Below, one piece after another: positions 1 to 7,800 of a stretch of 64,000 nt of DNA. Source of the stretch: Opitutia bacterium (GTDB lineage: Bacteria; Verrucomicrobiota; Verrucomicrobiia; Opitutales; Opitutaceae); the NCBI GenBank assembly GCA_016199925.1, contig JACQFT010000115.1:14250-78249 (forward strand). The letters are read 5' to 3'. Numbering within the stretch: position 1 is the first letter of the stretch; each line of letters begins with the position of its first letter. The position numbers and the translations under genes were made by a program. The notes beneath the pieces are model-generated. The model was not told where the DNA came from. It saw only the letters and a program-made list of their open reading frames with translations, and ran no database searches.

Positions 1-776
1 CGTCGCTCGTCTTCCCGTCCGATTCCGCGGGCAGCTCGCCGTTCCCGTTCTATGACCGCTGGAGCGACACGTTCAACGTCACGACCGAGTTCGTGCATCT
101 CGACACCGCCCGCAGCCTCGTGGCTTACGCGGCGCTCGCGGCGCAGACCTCGCTCAAGACGCAGGCGTGGAAACCCACCGCCGCGACGATCACAGGATTG
201 CCCGTAACTCTCCTGGCCGGCACGTCGGTGACCGCGACGCTGACTGCGCCCGCGGGCATCGACCTCACCGGTGCGACCATCGTGTGGGAAGCCGCCGACC
301 AGGGATCGCACTACGGCGCGTCGTTCACGTTCACGCCCTCGGCCTACGGCCAGCAGTGGGTGGAGGCGGAAGCCACGCTGCCCGACGGCCGCCGCGTGTT
401 CGCGGTCCAAAATTTCTTTGCGGACAACGGCAAGGCCAACGTGAGCGTCGTGGCGACGGATGCCTCCGCGAAGATCTCCAATTCAGCGGACACCGCCGTC
501 TTCACGTTCACGCGCACCGGCGACACCAGCCAGGCGCTGACGGTCAACTTCTCGCTCGGCGGCAGCGCCGTGAAGTGGATCGACTACCGGCGGCCGCAGG
601 GCGACATGCCGAGCGCGGTGACGATTCCCGCCGGCGCGGCCTCGGTCACGCTCACGATCTACGCGGTCGCCAACTCGACCGGCGCGAATCCGGAAACCGT
701 GCTCGTCAGCGTGGTGCCCGACGCCACCTACAACGCCGGCTCGCCGGCGCTGGCCACGGCGACGATTACGAACTGA
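1..776 (+). CDS. 3' fragment (5' end outside the window) of a secreted GH9-like glycosidase paralog: conserved C-terminal region plus Calx-beta domain
   Basis: Frame 3 is open from base 3. The translation (SLVFPSDSAGSSPFPFYDRWSDTFNVTTEF...) aligns residue for residue with aa ~800-1040 of the 7801..11187 protein (FPDDGAAVAPYPYYDRWSDTYNVSTEF..., GQQWVEAEA..PDGRRVFAVQNF). Calx-beta-like block: VFTFTRTGDTSQALTVNFSLGGSAVKWIDY..VTIPAGAASVTLTI. Confidence 0.8.
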   Translation, partial: SLVFPSDSAGSSPFPFYDRWSDTFNVTTEFVHLDTARSLVAYAALAAQTSLKTQAWKPTAATITGLPVTLLAGTSVTATLTAPAGIDLTGATIVWEAADQGSHYGASFTFTPSAYGQQWVEAEATLPDGRRVFAVQNFFADNGKANVSVVATDASAKISNSADTAVFTFTRTGDTSQALTVNFSLGGSAVKWIDYRRPQGDMPSAVTIPAGAASVTLTIYAVANSTGANPETVLVSVVPDATYNAGSPALATATITN

Positions 777-821
777 GCACAAAAGAGCTTCCACAGAGGC
801 GACGATCGCGCCTCCGTCCCG

Positions 822-855
822 AGGCGGGGCCACTCCGGTGGCCCCGCCTTTTTTT
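822..855 (+). terminator. Rho-independent terminator after the GH9-paralog fragment
   Basis: Perfect 10-bp stem AGGCGGGGCC / GGCCCCGCCT with an 8-nt loop, followed by a run of 7 T, about 45 nt after the stop at 776. Confidence 0.8.
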
Positions 856-1036
856 GCGCGTCTGAGTTTGTCCTACGGGGAGTGCCGCTTTTTTTGGGGT
901 AAACACCGACTGTGGCGCTCCGGCGCGCCGTGTTAGCCTTTGCGTCCAGTCGCTGCGGCATCGCCCGCAGCTACTTTGGGGCCCGCGGAATCGGTCCGCG
1001 CCGGTCCCGGATCACCACCCAACCCGAAAACAAAAA

Positions 1037-1501
1037 ATGCCCATGAGAAACCCGACCCGACTAGTATTGGTTTGCGCCCTCGCCGCGACCGGAATTGTCC
1101 ACCTGTCCGCCCAGCTCGGCGTGACCGTCTCCGCCGGCGGCCGCAATCCGGCGACCGCCTCGTTGATCGTAGCCTCCGCCAGCGAGTCGATCCGCGCCTG
1201 CGCCTTCGAGGCGCGAAACCAGATGCTCTTCGATCTGGAGACCCGGCTGAAAACCGCGAAGGAACGCATCGAAGAGTTGCTGAGCGCCGGCAAAGCGCTG
1301 GCGGACGAAAAAAAGGGCGAATTTGAATCGGCCGCGCACGATCTCCGGGTCCAGGAAGCGGCCCTGCGGCTCGGCATGCAGGCCGCGGAGAAATCCTCGG
1401 CGGCCGACTGGCCGCGGGTCCGCGCTGCGCTGGCCTTCAGCTACGTCGACTATGTCGGCGTGGTGACGCGGCTGGAGAACCTCGTGGCCGGGCGAACCTG
1501 A
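1037..1501 (+). CDS. Hypothetical secreted protein (signal peptide, helical C-terminal part)
   Basis: ATG start. N-terminal hydrophobic signal: LVLVCALAATGIVHLSAQ. No recognisable catalytic motif. Its C-terminal motif (DWPRVRAALAFSYVDYV) resembles the next gene. Confidence 0.5.
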   Translation: MPMRNPTRLVLVCALAATGIVHLSAQLGVTVSAGGRNPATASLIVASASESIRACAFEARNQMLFDLETRLKTAKERIEELLSAGKALADEKKGEFESAAHDLRVQEAALRLGMQAAEKSSAADWPRVRAALAFSYVDYVGVVTRLENLVAGRT

Positions 1502-1537
1502 GCGCGCGCTCCGGCCGGTCCGGGTGGAGAAGCTTGC

Positions 1538-2032
1538 ATGATCCGAGTGGAAACAATCGTCCGGGTGGCGCGCAGCGCCGGTTTGCTGATGCTGGCGTCA
1601 TGTGCGGCGCAACCGCCGGCCCCCCGGGGGGGGCCGGCTCCGGACCTCGCGGCGGAGCGGCCGGGCCCGCGGCCGCCGCCCCGAGCCGGAACCGCGGGGC
1701 CGGGCGAACTGGTGTTGCAGATCGGGCGATGTCCGCCGGAAGACCGTGCGGCGCTGCTGGCCGTGCTGCGCAACCAGCGGGAGGAGCTGCGCATTATCCG
1801 GCAGAAGATCGATCGGCCGGGCGGGGCCATGTCGCCCGATGAGCGGGCCCGCTGGCTGATTCACCTGCCCGACTTGGAACGGCGGGGCGCCGAACTGGAC
1901 CGCTGCATCGAGGAGGCCCGCGCCGGCACGGCCGAGGACTGGCTGGCGTTGCGTCCGCGGCTCGCGGCGCTCTACGCGGAATACGCGAACGCCCGCATTC
2001 TGGCGGAAAGCTCCCGGCCCGCGGGAAAATAG
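1538..2032 (+). CDS. Hypothetical lipoprotein
   Basis: ATG preceded by GGTGGAGA about 8 nt upstream. Lipobox-like LLMLASC followed by a Pro/Gly-rich linker. The C-terminal motif DWLALRPRLAALYAEYA is similar to the preceding ORF. Confidence 0.5.
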   Translation: MIRVETIVRVARSAGLLMLASCAAQPPAPRGGPAPDLAAERPGPRPPPRAGTAGPGELVLQIGRCPPEDRAALLAVLRNQREELRIIRQKIDRPGGAMSPDERARWLIHLPDLERRGAELDRCIEEARAGTAEDWLALRPRLAALYAEYANARILAESSRPAGK

Positions 2033-2060
2033 TCGGGGTGCCCGCTCCGATGGCGGTCCC

Positions 2061-2738
2061 TCAGGCCGGGCCGAGGGCCGGCTTGGCTTCGATGATGCCC
2101 TTGGCCATCGCGTAGCGTGTGAGGCCGGCGATGTCGTGGATGTTCAGCCGGTCCATCACCTGCTGGCGGTGTTTCTCCACCGTCTTGACGCTGATCGAAA
2201 GGACGACGGCGATCTGCTTGTTGGTTTTGCCCTCGGCGATCAGTTGCAGGACTTCGCGCTCGCGGATGCTGAGCGATTCGGCGGATTTTCGCGCCGGCTG
2301 GCCGCTGAGAAAAGCGCGGCGGTAGTGGTCGAGCATCCGGCGCGAAATGGAGGGACTGAAATAGGCGTTGCCGAGTTTCGCTTCGCGGATGGCTTTGATG
2401 AGATCGTTGGCGGCGGTCTGCTTGAGCAGATAGCCGATGGCACCGGCCTCCGTGAGTTGCTCGACGTATTCGTCGTCGCTGTAGGACGAGAGGATGATGA
2501 CGCGGCACGACGGGATATCGCGGGTGATCTGGCGCGTGGCGTCGAGGCCGTTGAGGACGGGCATGGCGATGTCCATCACGATGACGTCGGGCAGAAATTT
2601 GCCGGCCAACTGGAGCGCCTGGCGGCCGGTTTCGGCTTCGCCGACGACTTCGATGTCGGGTTCGACGGCGAGCAGCGCGCGCAGGCCCTGGCGCATGACG
2701 GTGTGGTCGTCGGCGAGGAGAACAGTGATTTTTTGCAT
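2061..2738 (-). CDS. NarL/FixJ-family response regulator (REC + LuxR-type HTH)
   Basis: REC motifs: LLADDH, VIVMDIAMP (phospho-acceptor Asp), ILSSY, GYLLK. C-terminal LuxR HTH: LSIREREVLQLIAEGKTNKQIAVVLSISVKTVEKHRQQVMDRL. Confidence 0.93.
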   Translation of the reverse strand: MQKITVLLADDHTVMRQGLRALLAVEPDIEVVGEAETGRQALQLAGKFLPDVIVMDIAMPVLNGLDATRQITRDIPSCRVIILSSYSDDEYVEQLTEAGAIGYLLKQTAANDLIKAIREAKLGNAYFSPSISRRMLDHYRRAFLSGQPARKSAESLSIREREVLQLIAEGKTNKQIAVVLSISVKTVEKHRQQVMDRLNIHDIAGLTRYAMAKGIIEAKPALGPA

Positions 2739-2753
2739 AGGCGCGGAAGCAGG

Positions 2754-5141
2754 TTAAAGTGGTTTGACGGGAATGATGATGCGCAGGGTCGTGCCGCAGC
2801 CGGGAGCGGAGTCGACCAGGAAGTCGCCGTTGACGAGGCGGACGCGCTCGGCGATCCCGAGCAGGCCGAGGCGGTTGGAGCCGGCGCCCGACGCCTTGCC
2901 GTCGGTCAGGAATCCGCGGCCCTCGTCCCTGATCTCGAGCCGCACGCGGTGCTCCGAGTTGGCGAGGGTCACGGTGATCTGTTTGGCGTGCGCGTGCTTG
3001 GCGGCGTTGTTGAGCCCTTCCTGCACGACGCGGTAGATCACGGTCTTCCGCTCGGCGTCGAGTCGCTCGATGCCGTTGGCCCGCTCCGGTTGGAAGCGCA
3101 CGGCGATGCCGGTGCGCTCGGCGAAAAGCTTCACGTAGGAGCGGACCGCGGGCAGCAGGCCGAGGTCGTCGAGCATGGCCGGCCGCAACTCGCGGGCGAA
3201 GCGGTGCACGGTCTCCATCGTGTGCTCGAGCAGTTGCCGGGTGTCGGCGATGCGCTTCGTCGTCTCGGGCGGCGCGCCGCCGAGGGCGCGTTGGATCACC
3301 GCGAGGTTGACGTTGATGGCCGTGAGCGACTGGCCGACTTCGTCGTGCAGGTCGCGGCTGATGCGGGCGCGTTCCTGCTCCTGGATTTCGAGAATGCGGT
3401 TGGAGAGATTGCGCAGGTTCTCCTGCATCCGGTAGGCTTGGTGGAAAAGTTCGCGATAGTGTTCCTCGCTTTGGAGCACGGCTTCCTCGCTGCGCTTGCG
3501 CCCCGTGATGTCCCGTCCGGTGGCGATGATGATCCGTTGGCTCGACAGCGGCGAGGCGCTCCAGAGCGTCCATTTCACCGTGCCGTCCTTGCACGGGCAG
3601 CGGAGTTCGAGCGCGGCGATATCCTGCCCCTGTTGGAGCTTGCCGAGCTCGGCGAGCAGGGCGGGCCGGTCATCCGGATGGACGAACTCCACGTAGGGCC
3701 GGCGCAACAGCTCGGCGCTGTCGTAGCCGAGGGTGCGTTCCCAGGCCGGATTCACGCGCTTCAGGAATCCGTCGAAGCCGGCGAGACAGTGCATGTCGAT
3801 CGAACGGTTGAAGAAGCGGTCCAACTGTTCCTCCGTCCGTTCCCGGTGGCAGATGGCGCCGAGTTCGCCGGCGACGGCGTGCACCAGTGCGCGCCAGCGT
3901 TCGTCCGGCTGGAGGGCGACGGGGAGAAAAAAAGCCATGAGGCCGACCGTCAGCTCGTTGGCTTTGAGCGGCAGCACGAGCGCCGCCTTGAGGCCGGCGA
4001 GTTCGCTTTGCCGGGGGCGGAAAAAATCCGGTCCGGCGGCGAGATCGCCCTGCCAGTGCGGCTCGTTGATCTGCCAATGGCGGGCGGGCAAGTCGCGCTC
4101 CCGGTTGAAAACGCGCGAGGCGCTCGTCTCCTGGAATTTTGCCCATGCGGGCACATCGGGCAGATGCGCGGCGGCGAACCGGTGCAGCGTGCCGTCCGGC
4201 AGCGGCATCCAGACTTCGCCGACGGCCCAGCCCGCGACCTGGCAGAGATGGGCCAGCACCTTGGTGGTCGCGCCGGCGAGGTCGTCGCTCTGGCAAATGA
4301 TCTGGCCCGTCTCTAGCAGGAGCCGGAGGTCGGCCTCGGCGCGCTTGCGTTCGGTGATGTCGCGGCCGATGCCGCAGATGCCGGCGCGGCGGCCGTCCTT
4401 GATCTGCGGCGCCAGGGTGAATTCACCGACGGCGTATTCGCCGTCGTGTTTGCGGACGCGGTATTCGCGGCGGCGCGGCGGTTCGCCGCCTAGGATGGCG
4501 CGGAACCGCTCGAGCGCGACCGGCTGGTCCTCGGGGTGGAGCAGGGGGGCGAACGGCTGCCCGATCCACTCGGCGCGCGGCCAACCGGTGAGCGCCTCGA
4601 AGGCCGGGTTGAGCGCGGCGATGCGCCCGTCGATCGTGAGGAGGAAGATGACGTCGTTGGCGGACTCGATCAGCGCGCGGTAACGGTCCTCCGAGGCGCG
4701 CAGTTCGCTCTCGGCCGTCAGGAGCACGGTGATGTCGCGCGTGATGACGACGGCGCGGCGGACGCCGGGGCGATCCGCCTGCGGATAAAGGCTGACATCG
4801 AAATGGCGGAGGCCGGTGCGGGGAAATTCAAACCGCGCCTGGTAGTGGATTTCTTCGCCGGCGAGACAGCGGTCGAGTTGCGGGCGGATGCTGGCCTCGA
4901 AAATCTCGGCGCCCCAGACTTCGGCGACGGTGCGGCCGACGAGCTGTTGGCGGTCGAGTCCGTTGGCGCGGCAATAGGCGTCGTTCACCGCGAGGTAAAC
5001 GTAGTCCGAGTCGATCAGCGTGAAGTAGTCGGTCGAGGTGTTCACAATCGCCTCAAAGCGTTTCGGCAATTCGCCCCGGTCCGGCGACGGGGGGCCGGAG
5101 TCGGGGCGCACGCCCGTGGGCTGGATGGCGCTAACGTTCAT
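2754..5141 (-). CDS. Soluble multi-PAS/GAF sensor histidine kinase (HisKA_3 / NarX-DegS type)
   Basis: Repeated PAS-like blocks ending in RDIT (VITRDITV, GIGRDITERKRAE, ATGRDITGRKRSE), with a GAF-like middle region. H-box ERARISRDLHDEVGQSL. HATPase N and G boxes: QEGLNNAAKHA, RDEGRGF, GLLGIAERV. No TM segment. Start taken at the internal ATG (MNVSAIQ) at 5141, which overlaps the upstream stop by 11 nt. The ORF-track start at 5261 lies inside the upstream gene. Confidence 0.9.
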   Translation of the reverse strand: MNVSAIQPTGVRPDSGPPSPDRGELPKRFEAIVNTSTDYFTLIDSDYVYLAVNDAYCRANGLDRQQLVGRTVAEVWGAEIFEASIRPQLDRCLAGEEIHYQARFEFPRTGLRHFDVSLYPQADRPGVRRAVVITRDITVLLTAESELRASEDRYRALIESANDVIFLLTIDGRIAALNPAFEALTGWPRAEWIGQPFAPLLHPEDQPVALERFRAILGGEPPRRREYRVRKHDGEYAVGEFTLAPQIKDGRRAGICGIGRDITERKRAEADLRLLLETGQIICQSDDLAGATTKVLAHLCQVAGWAVGEVWMPLPDGTLHRFAAAHLPDVPAWAKFQETSASRVFNRERDLPARHWQINEPHWQGDLAAGPDFFRPRQSELAGLKAALVLPLKANELTVGLMAFFLPVALQPDERWRALVHAVAGELGAICHRERTEEQLDRFFNRSIDMHCLAGFDGFLKRVNPAWERTLGYDSAELLRRPYVEFVHPDDRPALLAELGKLQQGQDIAALELRCPCKDGTVKWTLWSASPLSSQRIIIATGRDITGRKRSEEAVLQSEEHYRELFHQAYRMQENLRNLSNRILEIQEQERARISRDLHDEVGQSLTAINVNLAVIQRALGGAPPETTKRIADTRQLLEHTMETVHRFARELRPAMLDDLGLLPAVRSYVKLFAERTGIAVRFQPERANGIERLDAERKTVIYRVVQEGLNNAAKHAHAKQITVTLANSEHRVRLEIRDEGRGFLTDGKASGAGSNRLGLLGIAERVRLVNGDFLVDSAPGCGTTLRIIIPVKPL

Positions 5142-5757
5142 GGTTCGCTTCCTTGAACCGGGCAACGAGAACGAGCGCGTCGTCCGTGCCTTTAGAATAT
5201 TTTTGCAAAAGATGGTCGGCGATCCGTTGTGGCGCGCTCTTGACCGGCACATCGTGCTCAAAGTCCGGGCGGATGCCGTCGCTGGCGAAAATGAGCACGT
5301 CGCCCGCGTAAACCGGAATCACGCTGGCGTAGATGACCGGCAACTGGGCGCCGACGGTGCCGCCTTTTTGCAGGGCGCGCTCGTTCGCGGCCCCGTTCGC
5401 CCCGTCGCCGCGCAGCAGCAAAGCCTCGACGTTGCCGATGCCGCACCACGTGACCGTGTGGTCGTGCTCGTCGAATTTGGCCAGGGACATCACGACGCCG
5501 CGGGTCGGGCCGAGCGTGATGTGGCAGCGGTTGATCAGCGAGTGCAGCGAGTCGTTCGGATACTGGCGCAACGACTCGGTGGCGGCGGTGGCGGCCCGGG
5601 TGGCCTCGGGCCCGTGCCCGATGCCGTCGACGACGGCGAGCAGCAGTCCGCGATCGTGGGACTGCACCAAGTGCAGATCGCCGGAGACGGCCTGTCCCGG
5701 CAGGGCGGATTGCGCGACCGCCCAGTCAACGCGAATGGTTGAGTTGGGAGTTTTCAT
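5131..5757 (-). CDS. rsbX: RsbX-like PP2C/SpoIIE-family serine phosphatase
   Basis: About 200 aa with the PP2C-type pattern GDLHLV...LLLAVVDGIGHGPEA...LIFASDGI, positioned directly after rsbT as in RsbRSTX modules. Confidence 0.8.
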   Translation of the reverse strand: MKTPNSTIRVDWAVAQSALPGQAVSGDLHLVQSHDRGLLLAVVDGIGHGPEATRAATAATESLRQYPNDSLHSLINRCHITLGPTRGVVMSLAKFDEHDHTVTWCGIGNVEALLLRGDGANGAANERALQKGGTVGAQLPVIYASVIPVYAGDVLIFASDGIRPDFEHDVPVKSAPQRIADHLLQKYSKGTDDALVLVARFKEANHER

Positions 5758-6169
5758 CTTTCACCCATTTTCGCATGGTGACCTTCGTGCCTTTGCCCAC
5801 GGCGGATTCGATTTCAAATTCGTCCATCAGCCACTTCGCGCCGGGCAGACCGACGCCGAGGCCGCGGCGCGTCGAGTAGCCGTATTGCATCGCGAGCCCG
5901 ATGTCGGCGATGCCGGGCCCCTGGTCGTTGGCGGCGACCTGCAAGCCGCGCTGGCTGCCGCGCTGCACAAAGGAGAAAACCACTTCGCCGCGCTTGGCGT
6001 GGTCGAGGATGTTGCGCGCGATTTCCGAAATCGCGGCCGCGACCAGCGTCACCTCGGCGCTGGACAGCCCCAACGCCATCGCCTGTTCGCGACCCTGCTG
6101 ACGGGCGGTGACGATGTCGATCGTCGAGCGAACCTCGACCCGGACCTCGCTATTTGGCGGGCTTTGCAT
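5726..6169 (-). CDS. rsbT: RsbT-like serine kinase / switch protein (GHKL ATPase fold)
   Basis: About 147 aa. ISEIARNILDHAKRG (N-box-like), NDQGPGIADI (G1), RRGLGVGLPGAKWLMDEFEI (G2). Size and position are typical of RsbT. Confidence 0.85.
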   Translation of the reverse strand: MQSPPNSEVRVEVRSTIDIVTARQQGREQAMALGLSSAEVTLVAAAISEIARNILDHAKRGEVVFSFVQRGSQRGLQVAANDQGPGIADIGLAMQYGYSTRRGLGVGLPGAKWLMDEFEIESAVGKGTKVTMRKWVKDENSQLNHSR

Positions 6170-6524
6170 GCACCTTGGTTTTCTGGTTCAGAAACGCCAA
6201 ACCTTCTTCCAAATCCAGCGCGGTGCCGACGCCTTCCAGCGTCAGGCCGAGCTGCACCATCGCAAAAGCCACTTCGGGTTGGATGCCGACAATCACGGTT
6301 TCGGCCCCGCGCAGATTCAGCATGTGCACCATGCCGCGCAGGGTGCGCGTCGCAAACGAGTCGATGACGTCGAGCACGGTCACGTCGATGATCACGCCGC
6401 GCGCGCGGAACTGGCCGACTTTGTCCGCGAGGTCGTCGCGGAGCTGCAGCATGTCCGCGTCGGAGAGCACGGCCTGAATGCTGGCAATCAGGTAGCTGCC
6501 TTGCTTGAGGATCGGGACTTGCAT
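6150..6524 (-). CDS. rsbS: RsbS-like single-domain STAS protein (stressosome scaffold)
   Basis: 124 aa, STAS only. Start MQVPILKQGSYLIASIQ. Conserved phosphorylatable Ser context VLDVIDSFATRTL. Confidence 0.85.
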   Translation of the reverse strand: MQVPILKQGSYLIASIQAVLSDADMLQLRDDLADKVGQFRARGVIIDVTVLDVIDSFATRTLRGMVHMLNLRGAETVIVGIQPEVAFAMVQLGLTLEGVGTALDLEEGLAFLNQKTKVHAKPAK

Positions 6525-6536
6525 GGTCCGCGGCGA

Positions 6537-7526
6537 TCAAGTGTCGATTTCAACTTCGGCCGCGGTGGAGTCGACGCTCTTGACCTTGTAGCCGAGCATT
6601 TTTTCCGCCAGTTCGATACCGCCCTGGAGATCGCCGACGGCGTTCATCTTGCTGAGGTCGACGCCGATGGTGACGAGGGTCTGCGCGATTTCGGACGACA
6701 GGCCGGTGATGATGACGCCGGCACCCATGAGACGCGAGGCCTCGACGGTCTGCACCAAGTGGTTGGCCACCGTCGAGTCGATCGTCGGCACACCGGTGAT
6801 ATCGACGACGACAACTTTGGCGCGGTTGTTGCGGATGCCGCGGAGGAGTTGCTCGGTGAGCTGCTTGGCGCGCTGGGAGTCGATGACACCGATGATCGGC
6901 AGAATCAGCAGACGTTCGCGCACCTGCAACACGGGGGTGGAGAGTTCGCGGATGGCCTCCTGCTGCTGGCGGATGATGCGCACGTTTTCCTGCACGAACG
7001 AGACGGCCACGGTGTTCGCGATGCGGTTGGCGGCGGGCTCGTAGGCGTCGAGCACGCGGTTGAGCAGGTTGAAGTCGTGCTGGTATTTTTTGAAGAGCGA
7101 GCGGGCGAGCACGTCGCGGAGAAGGAGCACGATGCCGATGACTTCGTCGGTTTCGACGCCGCGCGGGATGATACGCTCGGAGAGATTGCGGGCGTAGGCT
7201 TGCAGGGCGTCCACGCTGCCGGTCTCGAGCACTTCGACGTAGTTGTCATACACCGAGGTGACTTCGGAGAAAATCTCCTCCTTGCTCATTGCGGAGAGCA
7301 ACTTGGCGTCGAGAATGTTGCGGGCCCAGACTTCGCGCAATTGCGTGCGGTTCTCACGCAGGTGGGAGACCAGCTCGCGGAGCAGGGGATCGCTGTAGTT
7401 GACGGTCGGCTGCAGTTTGACCTGCGGCATGTTGCTGTTGTCCGAGGCGGACGGATCCTGGCGGGTGATCTCCGCTTTGCGGTGCGCTTTGGGTCGGTTG
7501 ACGTTCAATTCCGGGTTGCCCTTCAT
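6537..7526 (-). CDS. rsbR: RsbR-like stressosome sensor (N-terminal RsbR-type helical sensory domain + C-terminal STAS)
   Basis: C-terminal STAL/STAS signature ELSTPVLQVRERLLILPIIGVIDSQRAKQLTEQLL...VVVDITGVPTIDSTVANHLV...GAGVIITGLSSEIAQTL. The N-terminal ~170 aa are helical. An alternative start (MPQVKL) lies at 7430. Confidence 0.85.
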   Translation of the reverse strand: MKGNPELNVNRPKAHRKAEITRQDPSASDNSNMPQVKLQPTVNYSDPLLRELVSHLRENRTQLREVWARNILDAKLLSAMSKEEIFSEVTSVYDNYVEVLETGSVDALQAYARNLSERIIPRGVETDEVIGIVLLLRDVLARSLFKKYQHDFNLLNRVLDAYEPAANRIANTVAVSFVQENVRIIRQQQEAIRELSTPVLQVRERLLILPIIGVIDSQRAKQLTEQLLRGIRNNRAKVVVVDITGVPTIDSTVANHLVQTVEASRLMGAGVIITGLSSEIAQTLVTIGVDLSKMNAVGDLQGGIELAEKMLGYKVKSVDSTAAEVEIDT

Positions 7527-7638
7527 GGGGATGTTCCTTGGCGGGGTTGAGAGTTAGGAGCGTTGGGTGGTCGATTTCGATCCGCCGCAATTCGGCCTGA
7601 CCGAACTGCAACCATAGAACCAAGGGCATGGGTATTTG

Positions 7639-7658
7639 CCCAGTAGGTAAATACCCCA
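7639..7658 (-). promoter_or_regulatory. Copy of a recurrent upstream motif (GGGGT-ATTT-ACCTAC-TGGG, read on the minus strand) upstream of the stressosome operon
   Basis: The minus-strand 17-mer GGTATTTACCTACTGGG differs at one position from GGTATTCACCTACTGGG at 61222..61238. It lies about 115 nt upstream of ATG 7526 in a locally AT-richer intergenic region, inside a larger inverted repeat GGTATTT..AAATACC. Confidence 0.35.
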
Positions 7659-7800
7659 TTTGCCCCAAAAATCGACCCGGGAAGTTCGGATGCGGCCCCA
7701 CGCCTTGGCCTGCTGGGCCTCGGCGCCTCCGGTCCTTTTCGGCCGGATTGCGGGCCCTCACTCCATCGCCGGAGCATCAAAACCGTGCTTAAGTCGGAGC

